Part shown: piece by piece, positions 51,223-62,257 of the stretch
Position numbering within the stretch: position 1 is the first letter of the stretch
How the letters are laid out: every line of letters starts with the position of its first letter
NCBI GenBank assembly: GCA_002189035.1
Contig: NEEC01000014.1
Location: 1-64,000 of the forward strand
From: Utricularia gibba
Taxonomy: Eukaryota; Plantae; Magnoliophyta
Reading direction: 5' to 3'
Length of the DNA stretch: 64,000 nt
Notes under the pieces: model-generated
Seen by the model: the letters and a program-made list of their open reading frames with translations, nothing else
Told to the model about the DNA's origin: nothing
Database searches by the model: none
Position numbers and translations under genes: made by a program

Positions 51223-51669
51223 GTTGTACCCACACAAATTCCTTCTCAGTTTCTGTGCCAAAAAATACACAAGTCACGAGAAGATGATTATGGAATCTGG
51301 TGATGTTGCCCAAATGCTTCCAGCTTCAGCACTACGAGGGAATTACCACGCTGTTGAAAAAGGATGTTTCGAACCTCCGGCGATTGATGGGGAAAGCTGA
51401 AAAGGCTGGATGGAGCCCCCTCCCGCTGGATTCCGTCCACTCTTTGAGAATGGAAACAAAAAAACAAAAGTTGAAATAATTCTCGTGAGGGGCTCCCCAC
51501 CGCTCAAAGTCAAGTGCAACATTCCATCAGCATGTAGACACCTCACATCACCAACAATTGATGTGGCATTCGGCGCAGTATCCTGTATGAAGACGCAAAG
51601 GATAGATGGATTGCAGCAGCATGAGAATGACGGAGGAGTGAACACTTCCATAACGCTAGCAAACCTTAG

Positions 51670-52988
51670 CAGGGGACCGTAGGGCCCCTTCTTGGCTGCC
51701 TCTGCTGCACCCTTTTCTGCTTCTATCTCAGCCGCAATGGCATCTATTTCAGCCTCTTCGAGCTGCCGCAGTCCATCCTGCTTGGTCATCTCAGAGACTT
51801 CAAAGTTCTTCCCCCCGCTCTCCACGACCTGCAAGTTTTTACATGAAACTAGGAAAATGTGGTCCCCTTGAAAGTAAAATTGCAACCCACTAGTACAGCT
51901 CCATTTCACTGCCCCTGTCTCATAGTGAATCACCCCCTCTAGATTGCTTGCGTTTTTTCATGAAAGAACAGCAACGAAGGAGTTTGGTTAATTTTAAGTA
52001 ACACCATTGACATTTTACCTCCATCAAAGCACGAATGACTAACTTCACAGTTTCCTGATCGGATGCTTCCTTGTAATTTTTCTCCAAGAATTCGCGAATG
52101 GAGTTTGAGTTTCTCCCGTTAGCATTGTCTTTCCAAGCAGAAAATGTCCCAGGGGTGATGGAGCACCGGTGTGTGGATCAAAACCAATGATCAGGGTTGA
52201 CAGGCCAAAAGGTCTAACACCACCACTTTAGGTGTATTTCTGCTGAAGCCCAGCAATGTAGCGTGTAATGTATTCAACTGTCACTGGATCTTCAACTGTG
52301 AGCTTGTGACTCTGGCATTCTATTCGGGCCCTGTTAATCAAAACTCGAGCATCTGCTTTCAGACCAGCACAGGCCAATGCAATGTGATCGTCTAGACTGA
52401 CGATCTTCTTCACTGATCTGGAAGATAACAAATGAAATATAGGAGTTCAGGTGTGACCATCATGTAAAAACACAGAAGATTGAAAGCATAGTACGCCATG
52501 AAAAATTGTGCACAAACCCTGATAATACATCAAGAACAACCACAATCAGCAAAACAGAGGGAAAAGCTACATTCCGGGGTAGGCCAGCGTTCAAGTGCAC
52601 AAATTTTTCAGCTGCGGTTTGGCAACTGAAAAAACTGCTTTTTTAGCGGTGCTGTTCCGCAACCGAAAAAAAATTTCATCCAACACCAAAACATTTTGGA
52701 TTTTACAAAGCATTAAATTGGCGCAGAAAAATCAATTCAAACCTCGAAAGGACCTGAAAAAATCATCACCAATGATCAGCAGATCGCTTGGAGAGCCAAG
52801 GAAAAGGAATAAACATAGAATCGTGAGGCTTAGGAGCTGATTTTTTTCTCAACGGCGAGCACGATAACATCCGTGCCTGGGATGCCGACAGCTGCGTTCC
52901 CTTTGCGCATGGCCTCAAGAGCGTACTCCACCTGAAATAGGCGGCCGTCCGGTGAGAACAGAGTGATTGCTCTATCATATCTAGCCAT
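51670..52988 (-). pseudogene. PAD1: Unprocessed pseudogene of 20S proteasome alpha-4 subunit (PAD1/PAD2, PSMA7)
   Basis: [26 protein letters not shown].. In-frame TAA at 52228-52230 (KYT*SGGVRPFG, where Q is expected). A ~16 nt deletion removes LYQTD at ~52150 with a frameshift. Substitutions at normally invariant sites (GH>GR, VRG>IPG, KANA>KDNA, NIEVAV>NFEVSE). Introns are retained. The 3' end is approximate. Confidence 0.88.
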
Positions 52989-53459
52989 TTCTCAGAAAAA
53001 AAAAAAAAACATTAGTCCGTTGCTCAGCTGCGATCCGCAAGTCGGCAAGAATTCGCGCCTTTCCCTCGCCTACTAACGGAAACGGAAACCTTAAATTTAT
53101 TGGGTAGTGAGCCAAAAGCTAACGGGCCAAGTTTTGTTTGACAAGGAAGCCCAATTAAATGTAGGGGAAAAAACTGGAGGCTGCGGCCCACGGGATGGTA
53201 ATGTTCTTTTAGCTTGCCTGGTTTGTCATCCAGAGCTAACGGCACAAATTTTAATGAAGCTCAATAGCATTCGAGGTATGGAAACTTGATCAACGAGGAC
53301 CACATAAACGAGGAGTAAAGAAAGGCTTTTAATCCATACAAGGTACCGCAGCAAATCACCCGACAGGCTGACGATGATGAATCCATGCTGAAGAAAAGAG
53401 AACAAGTGTCACCTTTGGATTGTGGTGTCCGCCCGAGGAAAACCAGAAATGGCTTGTTA

Positions 53460-55187
53460 TCATCTTTGGATTCTGGTGTCATCTTCCCACTTGCTTTTCG
53501 GTATCTCCCAGAATCGATGATGACAACTTTCTTCCTCGGCTTCCCGCTGTAGGTTCCGGCTCCACCCTCGATCGCGTATACTGTATCCATACCATCAATA
53601 ACCTTCCCAAACACAACATGCTCTCCGTCCAGCCTGCACATTTTTCTGGCATAAGGTCGACAAAATCTCAAGTAAGTTGGCATAAGGTTAAAACAAAAAC
53701 AAGAATACTTACCAGTAAGTCTTGACAGTCGTAATGAAAAACTGTGATCCATTAGAATCGGGACCAGAGTTCACCATGGAAACAACACCTACATGATTCA
53801 AATGTTTTGAACGCAACAAGAGATTATTCCCCGCATTATGCACGTTTGCTGAAATTAATAGGACCTGCGTGTGAATGCTTTAACTTGAAATTTTCGTCTC
53901 TGAATGTGCCACCATATATGGATTGATTTCCCTTTCCATCTCCGGACACTATATCTCCGCCTTGTATCATGAATCCAGGTATGATACGATGAAATGGAGT
54001 TCCCTTGTAGTGAAGAAGTTTTCCATTAAGAGCTTTTCCCATCTCACCTGATTTCAGGGAAAAAAGAAGATCCTCTGATATTGGAAAAAAAGGTGGCTCT
54101 TGGAAAACATACACTGATAATGCATACTAAGAACAGTGACCAATAATTGAATGCTACACGTACCTGTACACAAAGCCCTGAAATTCTCTGCAAGGAAAAT
54201 AAGGTTTTTTGAGTGAGTTGAAAATTGCAATTCATAAGAAAAATGAAAATAATTAGTGCATGTAAAAGCATATATTTACCCACAGTTTTTGGCACAACCT
54301 CGCCATATAAAGCAATAGTGATTCTCCCTGTACATGGAAAGCAGTTAATGTAAGCATAGGTGACTCAAGAAGCAGAACACATTGTAGCGAATAGACCTCA
54401 GAGACCAATAATTCACATCACCGGATACTCTTGATCCTAATAAAAAATCCTGAGATATACACCAACAAAAAGGGGCCATTACCCAGGCGTTGGTTTTCCA
54501 TATCCACATCTAGAAATACTCTATGTGTGATTTCGTGGAACTCTCCCACAATCCCTGGCTCCTCAAACTGAAAATACAAAGCCAACTAAACAAAAAGCAG
54601 ACCGTAAAAGAAGAAATCTAATTCAAAATAATTTCCAAAAAAAAAAGCGCATCAACAAAAACTTGAAGTACAATACTAATTTATATAAGCATTCAACAAG
54701 GATTCTAAGACTTGTAGAAAGTAGCGTTGTCAACAAGGGATCTCGTAGTGAGTTAAACTCACAGCGATTAAGTGAAACTGCAACTTAATATCAACTAGGC
54801 AATGCCACACATCACGTTAAGAAGCCAAGCTGTTGGGTCAGAGGACAAGCATCAAACACGTTGCATCAACACCAGTAAACGCCGATTGCATGAAATAATC
54901 CACAGGAAAATAAATGCGAGATCGGAAATCAAGAAGCACAAGATCCAAAGATGGCAAAACAAATAATCGGAAGCATCAAGACGCTCATCTCAATCAATGA
55001 CGACTGCACACGCAGACGAGACAAGGGTAAAAGTAAAAACAAGAAGCAGATGTAAGTTAAATCCCAGTAAAATACAAGAAAATTGCACCTTTCTAGAGTA
55101 AGAAAACCCAAGAAATATAAGCGCTAGAGCCGCGAAAACGATCAATAGATTCCTGGGTTGAAAAGACGACGAGATCCCCCCAGCCAT
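53460..55187 (-). CDS. CYP21-1: Cyclophilin-type peptidyl-prolyl cis-trans isomerase CYP21-1-like; apparent -1 frameshift at 53507-53509
   Basis: N-terminal signal/anchor, [82 protein letters not shown]. Adding one base gives [18 protein letters not shown]. Confidence 0.9.
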
Positions 55188-55689
55188 TTCTCAGGTGTTC
55201 ATGATTCATCAACTGCGCACAGCTCCACCACAAGAATCGCCGAAAACATACAATTTCCTGGAGGGGGAGTAACAACAGCCTTGGCGGTAACAGTCAACCC
55301 AGAAGACGCTGCCCAGTGAAGCAGATCCTTTCTTGGTGGGCATTCATTTATTCAGCACGCGCTCTTGGCTTTTATTTTTAACCTATCGCTTAATAGAAAA
55401 GTTTACCATTAATTAATTTACTTATATGAAATATTAAACATCACCTGTATGTACCCTGTATCTTTGTTATGTGAAACTACGCACAAAAATGCATCGAGGC
55501 TGCGGTTGCAGCAAAATTTGGTTTCTGATTCAACAAGGTGTTATCCCAAGCCATAAAACCAGGAGCCATGGAAATGAAAACAGACTACAACCACAACCAC
55601 AGGTATTACGATGCATAAGTTAAATTGCTCGTTCTGTGTTCTCTTGCAGTATGATCCAGCCACAGAAGACTTCACCCCAAATCACCTCT

Positions 55690-57193
55690 TCAGGTATCAT
55701 CTTCACCATCATATCTGGGGGTGTCTCCTCCTTCCAAGACCTCCTCTCCAGTTTCCCTCTTCTCAGCAGTCCGGCTCTTTGTTTCATCATCTCTGTAAGG
55801 CCCAAACACATTTACGTGATACATGCACAATGTGAATCAATGAACACACGCTTTTAGTTATCAACACGAGCTGTGTCGAATCCACCTAAACACAATCCAC
55901 TTTGCATACACTCCATTAAATAGGCGAGTAAGCTAAGTGCAAGTTAAGAATGAATGCATCAGCCAACCATGCAGAGGCAAAGAAACTATTCTTAAAGACA
56001 GCACAGAGCTCCCCGTATCTAGTGATCCGTAGTTTCCTTAGTTCAGTAACTGACCTCTTAGGACTAGAACCATCCGACTCCAACCTCCTCCAAGGCCGAT
56101 CAGTTTTTTCTTCTTGGAGCCTCCTCTCTCCGCCGTTCCCACCCCGAAATCCCATTCTTAAACTCGATCCATTGTTTGTCCCTGAACTAACAACTTCTTT
56201 GGTCTTCAAAGACTCCAGCTTTTTATCGATGTCCTTCCAGTCTTGGCCTTTCTCCTTCAAAACTTCCTCCCTAGGACGCGCTTCGCCAAATGGACTGCTA
56301 GCTTTTGGTTTCGCAGCATCAACGGTCTCAACATTATGATCTTCAGTCACTGGCCGAGTTCTGGGCTGCAAGTTCAGTTTTGGCCTAGTTGAAAAACCTT
56401 CTTCTTCTTTCTTCCTTCCCCAACTCTCCGAATCGACTCTGCTCGGCTCGAAACCCCCCTTCCTATCCCTTAAGCTATCAAACGCTCCGCCAATCTTCCG
56501 CCCATCCTCCTCCTTCGGCTTGACCCAGCTAGTGGAATCCGCGCCACCGTTGCCTGAGTCAAACCCAAATCCCGGTTTCCGTTCACTCTTCCTCGAATCA
56601 GATGGTAAAAAATTCTTTTGAGAAGCCCAATTGTCTACATCATCAGCTCTCGACTGTGAGTCGGAGAAGAACCCCCCTCTTTCTGCTCTCTCCTTCCTAT
56701 CAAACCCAACACTGGATGTAAATTTCTTTTTCGCTCCCCAGTCATCAGTCTCATCAGCCCTGGACGGCGCAAACTCGCGACTAGATTCCCTATTGAAGCT
56801 TCTGCGCTGCTGGTCGTCCCTGGCACCGCCTCCGTATGATCTGAATCCTCCACCCAGCTTATTCCGATCGAGTTCCTCCGCTGATCGCTGACGAGGCCCG
56901 GTGGGAAGCATCATAAGCTCATCGGGAGTCAATCCCTTGGCTTCACCTGCCCCAGGCTTACCCACGCTATAGTTGGAGAACTGCTGGAGGGACAACGTCT
57001 GCCCCTTCTTCTTCTTTGTTTTGGCCGTGACGGCCGCCGAAAGAGATGGAAAATCAGCCGTTTCACCTTCATCGGATTTCTCGTTAGCCAGGGATGAATC
57101 TTCCTGGTCGAGGCGGGTGAGATCCCCATCGTTCTCCTCTGACTCCAGCGCCCATGCTCCAGGCTTTCCCCAAGCGCTCACCGTTGCCGCCAT
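55690..57193 (-). CDS. eIF4B: Plant eukaryotic translation initiation factor 4B (eIF4B3-like), 2 exons
   Basis: MAATVSAWGKPGAWALESEE, DFPSLSAAV..KKKKGQTLSL, LPTGPRQRSAEEL, SRADETDDWG, RPKLNLQPR, SPFGEARPREEVLKEKG. Last exon at ~55690-55792 ends GEDDT*. Confidence 0.88.
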
Positions 57194-58318
57194 TGTGGGC
57201 TGGTCTTCTTCGATGGTGCCGAAGGCTAGATAGGTTTTTGTGAGGATTTTGCGTCCGTTCCACGCCACAAAAAAAAAAAAAAGAAAAAGAAAGAAGGAAT
57301 GATGTGATCTGACGGCGGTCATTAGGTTGTGGAAGACAACCAACGGCGGATATTCGTCTCTTCGCGATAATGGGCTCATCGGAAGACCCGACCCAGAAGA
57401 GTGAGTTGATGGATGGGTGAATTCAGAGCCCATCCATACACGTGCTTTCGTCCGTAAAATCTGGGTGAGTTGTGAAAGGCCAGGCCCAGCTGCGTGCAGT
57501 CATTTATGTTACACTGGACCACCAACTGTGCTGTGCTGCATTTTATTTACTGTGAGAACGAACAAACTCCATTCCATCAAACATTCAAACAAAAAAGTCT
57601 CCGTTCCGTCGATCGATCTCCCTCCTCCACCCATCCACCCGGCCATGAGTGTCCGGGCGAGCGGGCATGGCGTCGAATCCGGTGCCTTGTTCTAGATGGG
57701 GCGTGCGTACCACCAGCGCTGCTGGCTGCATTCATTTTCTTGTATATGTTCATCGTCAGTAGCAGCAGCAGCAGCAGCCCAATCGATCTATACAGTAAAG
57801 TTCGTTAGGTGTGTTATTGTGTAGCCGTGATGAAGGCGCCGCCGGAGACGTAACTACTAACTAATCCATTACTCTCCTGCCTGCCCCTGCATTGTATTGT
57901 TTTGGTCCCGTCCCCCTACCTCCCTCCCTCCCTAGCCTTCACTTTCTTTCCGGGTACCTTACGTCGTACCGACGTAGGGTACGGCACGAGACGAGCCCTT
58001 CAACATCATCAACCCCCCGTATGTCAATGTCTTTCTGGGAAGCGAAAGGCCATTCTTTGGTTTTTTGTTTTCGAGTTGCAGGAAGGAAAAATAGAATGAT
58101 GACAATAGTAATTAATAATCTAGGCCGTGGATTTGAGAAAAACCACACCAAAATCGACGGCCGGAGAAATCCAGGGTGCTTCCCCGAGGGTTGGGTGCAA
58201 ATCCGCACCTCACTCTCTCCCCCCCCCCCCCTCGAAAGAGAATTTACAGACAGACCGACTGACTCCAACCAAGACTACCAAATCAAATCCAAACGAAAAA
58301 CCCTGATAAATTGGGGGT

Positions 58319-58639
58319 TCATCGGAGCATGGACGTGAGGGATCGAAAATGGACTTCTTCGCAGGGAAGGGTGAGCCCCATTTCATGGTCAAACCCAAAC
58401 TCCTCCTCCGCTCGCTGCAGAAGGCTCTGGAACTCGGGGCGGGAAAGAAACGAAATCGGGATTATATAGCGGCTCCTGTTCTTGCCCACGTAGACCGCGA
58501 AATGCCCCCTCGGTACATCCGCCGGCAGGCAACTGTCGTCGTCCACGCTGTTTTTCTTCCCCAGGCTAGAACATCTCTTGAGAATCTTCATCAAGGCAGG
58601 CGTCTGGGTGTGTTTGGTACATGCCTTGGAAATCGCCAT
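58319..58639 (-). CDS. SAUR: Small auxin-up RNA protein (SAUR50/51-like), intronless, 106 aa
   Basis: [83 protein letters not shown]. Confidence 0.95.
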   Translation of the reverse strand: MAISKACTKHTQTPALMKILKRCSSLGKKNSVDDDSCLPADVPRGHFAVYVGKNRSRYIIPISFLSRPEFQSLLQRAEEEFGFDHEMGLTLPCEEVHFRSLTSMLR

Positions 58640-58714
58640 TTGAAATCGCGCAACGAAGATTTGAAACAAAGGAGCAGGGATCCTGCGAACTGGTGGCGGT
58701 ATGGAGGAGGGCTG

Positions 58715-58744
58715 GGGACTGGGACTGGGACTGGGACTGGGACT
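58715..58744 (+). repeat. (GGGACT)5 array between the SAUR TATA-like box and its ATG
   Basis: Five exact hexamers. An AT-rich TATA-like stretch follows immediately at ~58744-58758 (upstream on the minus strand). Confidence 0.9.
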
Positions 58745-59505
58745 TTTATTTATTTATCTGTGGAATGGGGGCGCACCGCAGCGGTGGCTCGGGTCACGTA
58801 GGCCGTAACTTACGGTTGGTTTAGGGCTGGGACCCTCGGCCATCCTTTAACTTAACTTCCCTAGGGTTACAATATTATTATTTTTCTTTCCTGATGTTCA
58901 TGTTGCGTGACAGCTTTCTCATTATTATTATTATTATTATTATTTCTGGAAGTCAGTGGGAATCCGACTGTGTTGACCGGATCGGATGTAATCACCCGTC
59001 TCAATTTGTTTGTTTATTTTTGTGCGTAGAACCGAACCGACCCGACCCGCTGGGGACTGGGACTGGGAGGCAGGAAAAGTAAAGGTCAGATGGTGCTTTA
59101 AAGGCACTTGAATGCTACCTTTGACTCCAAAAATTCCCAGTAAAGCACAAGGTACCAACCACACCAGTTGAGTTGCGAAATGGCTAGCACTAGAGTTATC
59201 GGCTGCTGATTCTCCTCCTTCAGCTTAAAGGGGTTTCCGTACGAAGGGATGGGACGGGGAGGAGGACTCCTTACTACGGTTGGTTGGCATATAACTCCGG
59301 TGGTCCAACAAAATAAGTGCTAGTGCTAGTGCTAGTGCTAGTAGTAGTGCAGTACACCGAAACCAACACCCAACTTGGAAAAGCCTTCCAGCCCCGCCCC
59401 GCCCCGCGCCCTCCTGCTCCTCCAGACATACGAAAATAATTCCTCGTATCAGTAGTTAGTTCTACTTCCGCCCCTGACTCCGTTCATAAAAAAGGAGAGG
59501 CCGCT

Positions 59506-59544
59506 GGTCCCATGGATTATCGTATGAGCTTGCAGCGGTCCCAT
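59506..59544. promoter_or_regulatory. Two GGTCCCAT elements (SAUR-type auxin-responsive / TCP-like) upstream of the SAUR
   Basis: Exact GGTCCCAT at 59506-59513 and 59537-59544, ~870-900 bp upstream of the SAUR ATG. Confidence 0.45.
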
Positions 59545-60198
59545 AAAAGAAGTGGGAAGAAATATGAGTACCCAGAGGAGGAGGAGTGGCGGGCGAGGGC
59601 AAGTTGGTTGCATGACACGGTGCCCATGTTACTCCTCCAATCAGCAGATGGCAGACATCTCAACGAATCCGGTGCGGTGGAGTCATTCTCCACAAGCCCA
59701 TCCCCCAAGTGGATCCAAGGAATGTGCGTGCAGCGCAGCCACAACTCAGAAGCGCTTCAGGGGGTGTGTTTGGAGAGAGAATGGGTGGGGTGGGGGTGGG
59801 GGGGAGCGTCCTGCAGTGCCCGCCCGGCAGGCCCGCCAAGGAGGATCAATCATGTGGCTGGGAAGGGAAATGAATGAGACCATCAAAACAAGACCCTGTC
59901 CCTGCCCTGTGTGATTAATTGGACCGGAAGACAATTATAATGCCGCGGCCCAGTCCAGCTTGTGCGACTGCGAGCAGCTACCTCAAATGGGGCCCGCCCT
60001 GCAACCTGCACCGACAGATAGTGCCGTGCCCTTGTCCTTCCCCAGACCTAAAACGATTGATTCACCCAGTAAAATTATAAATCAAAATACCCTTGTGGCG
60101 CTTTGGGTCGGGCTTCGCATGATACGGGCCTGCCCTTAATTTCCCATCTTAATACCTGTAATTGAAATAAAATTGACAGTTGCGTCGGGACTCGGGCC

Positions 60199-62060
60199 AT
60201 GCCTCCGGCGAACCACCCCCTCGCTGCGGAGGCAGTCACACCGCCGCCTGGGAACCCCATCACCAATGTCCTGATAGTCATCGGTACCCTAATTGCGCAC
60301 TCATTCCGCCTTGTACCTTTTGGTGTCTAGTAAGTGATTGATGGATCAATGTTTTTTTTTATTTTTATAGCTATGCAGGCGGAGGCGTTACCACTAGTGG
60401 AGAAGTTCCAGCTCTCCCAGGACCGTGATTCCTTGTATGTTGCATTTTGAAAAATTCCTTTTGTCTGATGGTTTACTTGGAAAAGCTATCATCTCTAACG
60501 TTTTGGAAGACTTTCTGTCGGTTTTTCGTCCTAAATAAATAATGTTTTTAAGGATCAACAACTATGATTTTTTTAACTCTATTTTGATGGAACTTCAAAC
60601 CCAGATGAGTCAGCATGCTAATCCCGAAAAGCTAATGGCGCAGGTTTCCAGGAAGTGTTCCTTGGGTCAGGTACCACGGCGGCTACAAGGAATTGAGCAT
60701 TAACATTGTTTGCCCCGGAAAAGACAAATATCTAGGTTTAGTAATTGTTTGCTCTCTGCCCAAACCTTTTTTTTGGGCCGTTATAGAAAAATCATAGGCT
60801 GTAGTTCATACCACGCTGGTCTGATGCTGTATTTCTATGCATGAAGTTAATGAGAAAGGAGGGTAATACTTTGCAGGGGTCGATAGTGTTGGCACAGTTT
60901 CTGCATCCCTTTTGACATACGCTTCAATTCAAGCAATGAAACCGGATATTATCATCAATGCCGGAACTGCTGGTGGATTTAAGGTACTCTGCTTTCTGCC
61001 GTTGTCTTCTTCTTCTTTTTTTTGTTCATTAGATATCAAGTGGTTTAGCCTTCTGTGAAACAATCCTCCCACTCCTTTCTGAACTGTATAATGTTAGCCT
61101 TTAATCATTCTTTATCACGGTCTCCTGTTATTCACAGTGTGAGAGGCTTGCTGTTTAACGCTTTTTTTTTTTTTTTAATTTTCTAGGCCAAGGATGCTTC
61201 TGTTGGTGATGTCTTTCTTGCATCCCATGTTGCATTTCATCACAGAAGAAATCCTATCCCCGTCAGTGTGATATCAACATTAACAAGATGCTGTTTTCTA
61301 TAAAATTGAGGTTTATAGTGTGTCTATTCCATGTTTTTCTTTCACAGACTTGTTTTCTATTTCCACAGATATTTGATCTGTATGGTATTGGGTTACGTCA
61401 AGCATTCTCTACGCCAAATCTGATCAACAGCCTCAATCTAAAGGTGTCTTCTCAACTTAAACCATAACTTGCTGAGAAGTTTATGAATGATTAGAACATG
61501 GAAATCTGAGAACGGAATTCTTTGTAATGTTAGACTGGAAAGTTATCGACTGGTGATTCCTTAGATATGGCTCCACATGATGAAGCAGCAATCCTTGCAA
61601 ATGATGCAACTGTCAAAGACATGGAGGTAGCCTGCACTTTCCTTTCAATTTTTTCAGCAACACCTACTGTTAGAATCCTTGACCTAGTGTTCACGCAGAT
61701 GCTGCGCTGATTCTTAGAATAACTTTTCAAACTTGACATAATAGAAGTCACAGCGGATTCAAATCATCTCCATAGACGAAACCGAATCATTTCCAAACAT
61801 GGTTTTCGGTATATTGCTTGGATGTACTATCCTAACACATACTCTCCATCCTATGGTGTCAGGGAGCTGCCATTGCTTACGTAGCTGATCTCTTGCAAGT
61901 CCCTGCAATATTTGTCAAAGCCGTGACTGATATTGTTGATGGTGACAAACCGACGGCCGAGGAGTTTCTACAAAATCTGATAGCTGTTACCGCTGCGCTT
62001 GAAATTGCAGTGACACAAGTTGTGGAGTTCATCAGTGGAAAGAGCTTAGCTGAACTTTGA
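60199..62060 (+). CDS. MTN: 5'-methylthioadenosine/S-adenosylhomocysteine nucleosidase (MTN1/MTN2-like)
   Basis: VLIVI|AMQAEALPLV, GVDSVGTVSASL, IINAGTAGGFK, KLSTGDSLDM, TVKDME|GAAIAYVADLL..KAVTDIVDGDKPTAEEFLQNL. TGA at 62058-62060. Confidence 0.92.
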
Positions 62061-62257
62061 TCCTTTTTAACTCACATACAGTCATGGTCTTTTAGGGTCT
62101 CAAGAAATTGACTTGTACTTCGTGGCATTGCATGAGCTTGCATGGTCCATTTTATGTGTGGCTTGTTTGATGTTTGTGGGGCAGTTCTCTGTGCAAGATT
62201 GCTCCTTGGTCCCCCCCTTCAATTTTGCGCAGTGCTCGATTTCCACCTAAAACGGAC

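Noticed and set aside
55916-57433. 505-aa ORF as the full eIF4B protein
   Set aside because: The first ~80 aa are upstream leader and the tail is intron. The homologous start is 57193, and a second exon at ~55690-55792 supplies the stop.
57700-58318. DST mRNA-instability element downstream of the SAUR
   Set aside because: The only ATAGAT core (minus strand, ~57786-57791) is ~530 bp past the stop and lacks the ordered GGA/ATAGAT/GTA arrangement.
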